Origin: Patescibacteria group bacterium
GTDB lineage: Bacteria > Patescibacteriota > Patescibacteriia > UBA9570
Assembly: GCA_024277435.1 (NCBI GenBank)
Contig: JAJRVJ010000010.1
Coordinates: 23,663 to 87,662 of the forward strand
Direction: 5' to 3'
DNA length: 64,000 nucleotides
Below the pieces are notes generated by a model. The model ran no database searches and had not been told where the DNA came from. It saw nothing but the letters and a program-made list of their open reading frames with translations. Both the position numbers and the translations under genes were made by a program. Of this stretch, positions 61,391-64,000 are shown piece after piece; the stretch's first letter is position 1, and the number at the start of each line of letters is the position of its first letter.

Positions 61391-62146
61391 TTATACTAAG
61401 GGTGTCGTTGATGTTCTATCAGCCTTATTGGAATGCTTATATGTGCTGAATAATTGTTTTACTAAGAGTAGTGGCACAGGAAGTAGCATTAACCACAGTA
61501 CATAGTACTCTAACCATAATAACGCGCCGAATGCTAATATAATAGTGATAACATCTACCGTTCCAATATGCAACCCAGATTTTAATACAATTTCCGGTTT
61601 ACGTTTTTCTAGAAAAATACTCTTCTTGGCTTCTCGTAAATATCCAACAAGTAAGTGACCAACTGATGCAGTAAATGCTAAATAGATCACCCATGGACTA
61701 TGCCCTACGCTACCGCTTAGCAATACCTCCCAATTCATAGGATCAACAGAAATAGGTGCAAAGTTATATAGCTGAATACCAATTGCCATGAACCATAGTA
61801 CCTCCTTAGTGCGATCAGATATACTATCAAACCAAATACCAAATTTACTACCACGACCAGTCATCCGAGCAACCTCACCATCCGAGCAATCTAATGAAAA
61901 TGATAATTGAATACAAATAAATGCCAGTATTCTCCCCCACCAGGCAGGAGTAAGTAAACCAATTGCACCAACTACACCAACAATGAACGATAAAATTGTA
62001 ACGTCTGGAGCAGTAATCCCTGGGACGTGTCGCAATAGTACATAGGTAAGCCGCTTTGAGATTCTACGGTAAATGAGACGACTAAATATACTATCGTGCG
62101 GTTGTTGATATTGCTTTATTTCGGCAACGGATTGTGTAATAGGCAT
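61391..62146 (-). CDS. CDP-alcohol phosphatidyltransferase family protein
   Basis: Signature DCSDGEVARMTGRGSKFGIWFDSISD. Confidence 0.9.
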   Translation of the reverse strand: MPITQSVAEIKQYQQPHDSIFSRLIYRRISKRLTYVLLRHVPGITAPDVTILSFIVGVVGAIGLLTPAWWGRILAFICIQLSFSLDCSDGEVARMTGRGSKFGIWFDSISDRTKEVLWFMAIGIQLYNFAPISVDPMNWEVLLSGSVGHSPWVIYLAFTASVGHLLVGYLREAKKSIFLEKRKPEIVLKSGLHIGTVDVITIILAFGALLWLEYYVLWLMLLPVPLLLVKQLFSTYKHSNKADRTSTTPLV

Positions 62147-62155
62147 AACTAACGG

Positions 62156-63853
62156 TTATTCATCTTTAACCCGATACAGTTCGCCAGCAGGCTGAAACGA
62201 AAAATCAAATGTATCAAGTATTTCTAGATCTAATAAAATACGCAAACGCTGTTCATCTGCGTTAGCACTACCATCATACCATAAATAGAGGTCGTGTGTC
62301 TCCTGTAAGTCCTGTAAAAATGGAAGCATCTCATCTAACGGTGGGCGTTCCTTGGGTTTTCGTGGAAATCGTATCACCCGCAAATTAGAATGCGTCATAA
62401 TCATTTCAGATAACCCAGATTTCCATGATCCTACCATAAGCAGTAATGGCTGTTTATCACCAATATGATTATCTTCTACTGATTGCGCGATCGCCTTAAC
62501 AGTATGTAAGTCATCACGACTAAGCGCTTTAAACACCTGCTGCTGACCTTGAATATGTTCCTGGCGCTTCGCTAACGATGGCTGCTGGGACACAAAAAAT
62601 GAGATAACAATCACCAACGCAATGAGTGACCAAGTCATTCGGGATAATTCAAGTTTCTTCCTGATATATACTAATGTAGCAACCATTCCAAATGCCGCAC
62701 TGATAGCGATGGCTGGTAATAGTGGCAATATGTAACGCGCGTAAGGATTGATCCATGCGCTGAATAGTATGAAAATCACTGCAAACCAACTACCTAATAA
62801 GTAAGCTTGCTTGCGATCTTGCTTCCATAAAAACAGTAATCCTAATAGCGCTGCCAGCAATAATGGTGGCCAGTCGCTAAATTGCTGCATTACGCCCCAA
62901 TACTGATTTACACCTCCAACACCAGGCCGGAACTTACCTTGGTTATTATAGAGATTCTGAATACTTAATGACTGCACGTGATCGAAGTTTGATGTAATAG
63001 CAATGCTAGAAATATCCTTAGCACGAAATTTTTCTTTATGCTCGGTTATTGCCGCAGAATTCCAGATTGACAATGATGCCGCTAATACAAGACCGATAAA
63101 AAATACTCCCAATAGTTTGGCGCGTGCTTTCCACTCTTTCTTTTTAATCCCATAAAAAAACCATATCACTATTGGTAATAACAATATTCCACTAGTTTCG
63201 CGAATATTAATACTGTATCCATACGCTAAGCCTGCGCCCAGTAGTATACTTATCCCAATCCATCGATACTTCCATTTCCGTAGCCCAAGAATAATACCCA
63301 CGAATGCTAACATAAAGAAAAACATTGATGGAATCTCTCGCATTGGCTGCGATACAGCATAGTTCGCATACAAATTAGCCATACCAACTGTAACAGCGCT
63401 CATAATACCAATAACGCGCTGCAGAGCCGGCGTTGTACATATCATTAACAATGCCAATACATAGGTTAGTAATACTACACCTACGGCCAATATAGGCACT
63501 AATACGTACATTAATTCATCAGATCCAGATACCTCAGCAGTAAGATACAATAAGAAGCCCAGTCCAATTGGGTATCGTGAAGCTATCCAACCATCTGGTG
63601 AAATAATTTCATGATGTGTAGGAGCAACAAAGCGAGCTAATGGCTCATCTTCAAATGCACTAAATGCTGCTTGCACTAATGGATCCTGGCTCACCAATTC
63701 TTCACCATGCAAAAATTGCCCTGCTGTATAAATATACCCAGGAGAATCATCTCCCCACGAACCCCACGCATGGTTAGTGAGGTACATAAAACCAAACACC
63801 ACAGTTAACAGTAAAACGATGCTAAGATCGAAGAGATACCAATATCGTTTCAT
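62156..63853 (-). CDS. GT-C fold membrane glycosyltransferase
   Basis: TM1 then DD motif (WGDDSPGY), YPIG, many TMs, RYILPLLP. Confidence 0.75.
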   Translation of the reverse strand: MKRYWYLFDLSIVLLLTVVFGFMYLTNHAWGSWGDDSPGYIYTAGQFLHGEELVSQDPLVQAAFSAFEDEPLARFVAPTHHEIISPDGWIASRYPIGLGFLLYLTAEVSGSDELMYVLVPILAVGVVLLTYVLALLMICTTPALQRVIGIMSAVTVGMANLYANYAVSQPMREIPSMFFFMLAFVGIILGLRKWKYRWIGISILLGAGLAYGYSINIRETSGILLLPIVIWFFYGIKKKEWKARAKLLGVFFIGLVLAASLSIWNSAAITEHKEKFRAKDISSIAITSNFDHVQSLSIQNLYNNQGKFRPGVGGVNQYWGVMQQFSDWPPLLLAALLGLLFLWKQDRKQAYLLGSWFAVIFILFSAWINPYARYILPLLPAIAISAAFGMVATLVYIRKKLELSRMTWSLIALVIVISFFVSQQPSLAKRQEHIQGQQQVFKALSRDDLHTVKAIAQSVEDNHIGDKQPLLLMVGSWKSGLSEMIMTHSNLRVIRFPRKPKERPPLDEMLPFLQDLQETHDLYLWYDGSANADEQRLRILLDLEILDTFDFSFQPAGELYRVKDE

Positions 63854-63863
63854 AGTAATTAAT

Positions 63864-64000
63864 TTAGGCAGTGAGTAATCCTCGCTGCTCTAATTCAGAA
63901 ATTATATGTGTAATACACTCCTTAATCGTTTGCCTTTCTGTATCCACAACAATTTCTGGTTTACTAGGTTCTTCATATGGGGCAGAAATTCCTGTAAAAT
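63864..64000 (-). CDS. cysC: Adenylyl-sulfate (APS) kinase, C-terminal part; the rest lies beyond the window
   Basis: Manual translation FTGISAPYEEPSKPEIVVDTERQTIKECITHIISELEQRGLLTA* matches the APS kinase FTGIxxPYExP signature. Not in the ORF track. Confidence 0.85.
   Translation of the reverse strand, partial: FTGISAPYEEPSKPEIVVDTERQTIKECITHIISELEQRGLLTA

Overview
Gene-dense, AT-rich bacterial chromosome segment read in the standard code (TGA is a real stop in several ATGA overlaps). The gene set includes a DUF5663-like protein, a short F1 delta subunit, homodimeric GlyRS and a CarS homologue, has both L1 and L9, and shows few obvious Shine-Dalgarno sites. This suggests a Patescibacteria/CPR genome, probably ABY1-like (inference). 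1-37 kb is mostly housekeeping: dut, tmk, dCMP deaminase, rplA-rplK-nusG-secE, gyrB, pheST, a complete F-type ATP synthase with a Na+-type c subunit, rmuC, tatD, metG, glyQS, rpmA, pyrG, rplI, an S41 protease and murA. 37.9-64 kb is a surface-glycan locus with rmlABCD, GT2/GT4 enzymes, three GT-C membrane transferases, two flippases, three tandem cytoplasmic AlkP-superfamily enzymes, a CDP-alcohol phosphotransferase and the 3' end of cysC. Main observations: (1) a GGDEF gene inside the rml operon is followed by an 80-aa protein that looks like a free copy of its own C-terminal domain; (2) a possible PAPS-linked glycan-modification system built on AlkP-fold enzymes; (3) promoters sit 6-11 nt from start codons throughout, and two divergent pairs share one palindromic -35; (4) a 1181-aa pseudo-PP2C/hydrophobic/LysM-like protein has a small coupled partner; (5) there are three single-codon lesions (pheS TGA, a GT2 TAA, an ATA at the rplI start). 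No rRNA, tRNA, CRISPR array or mobile element was seen.
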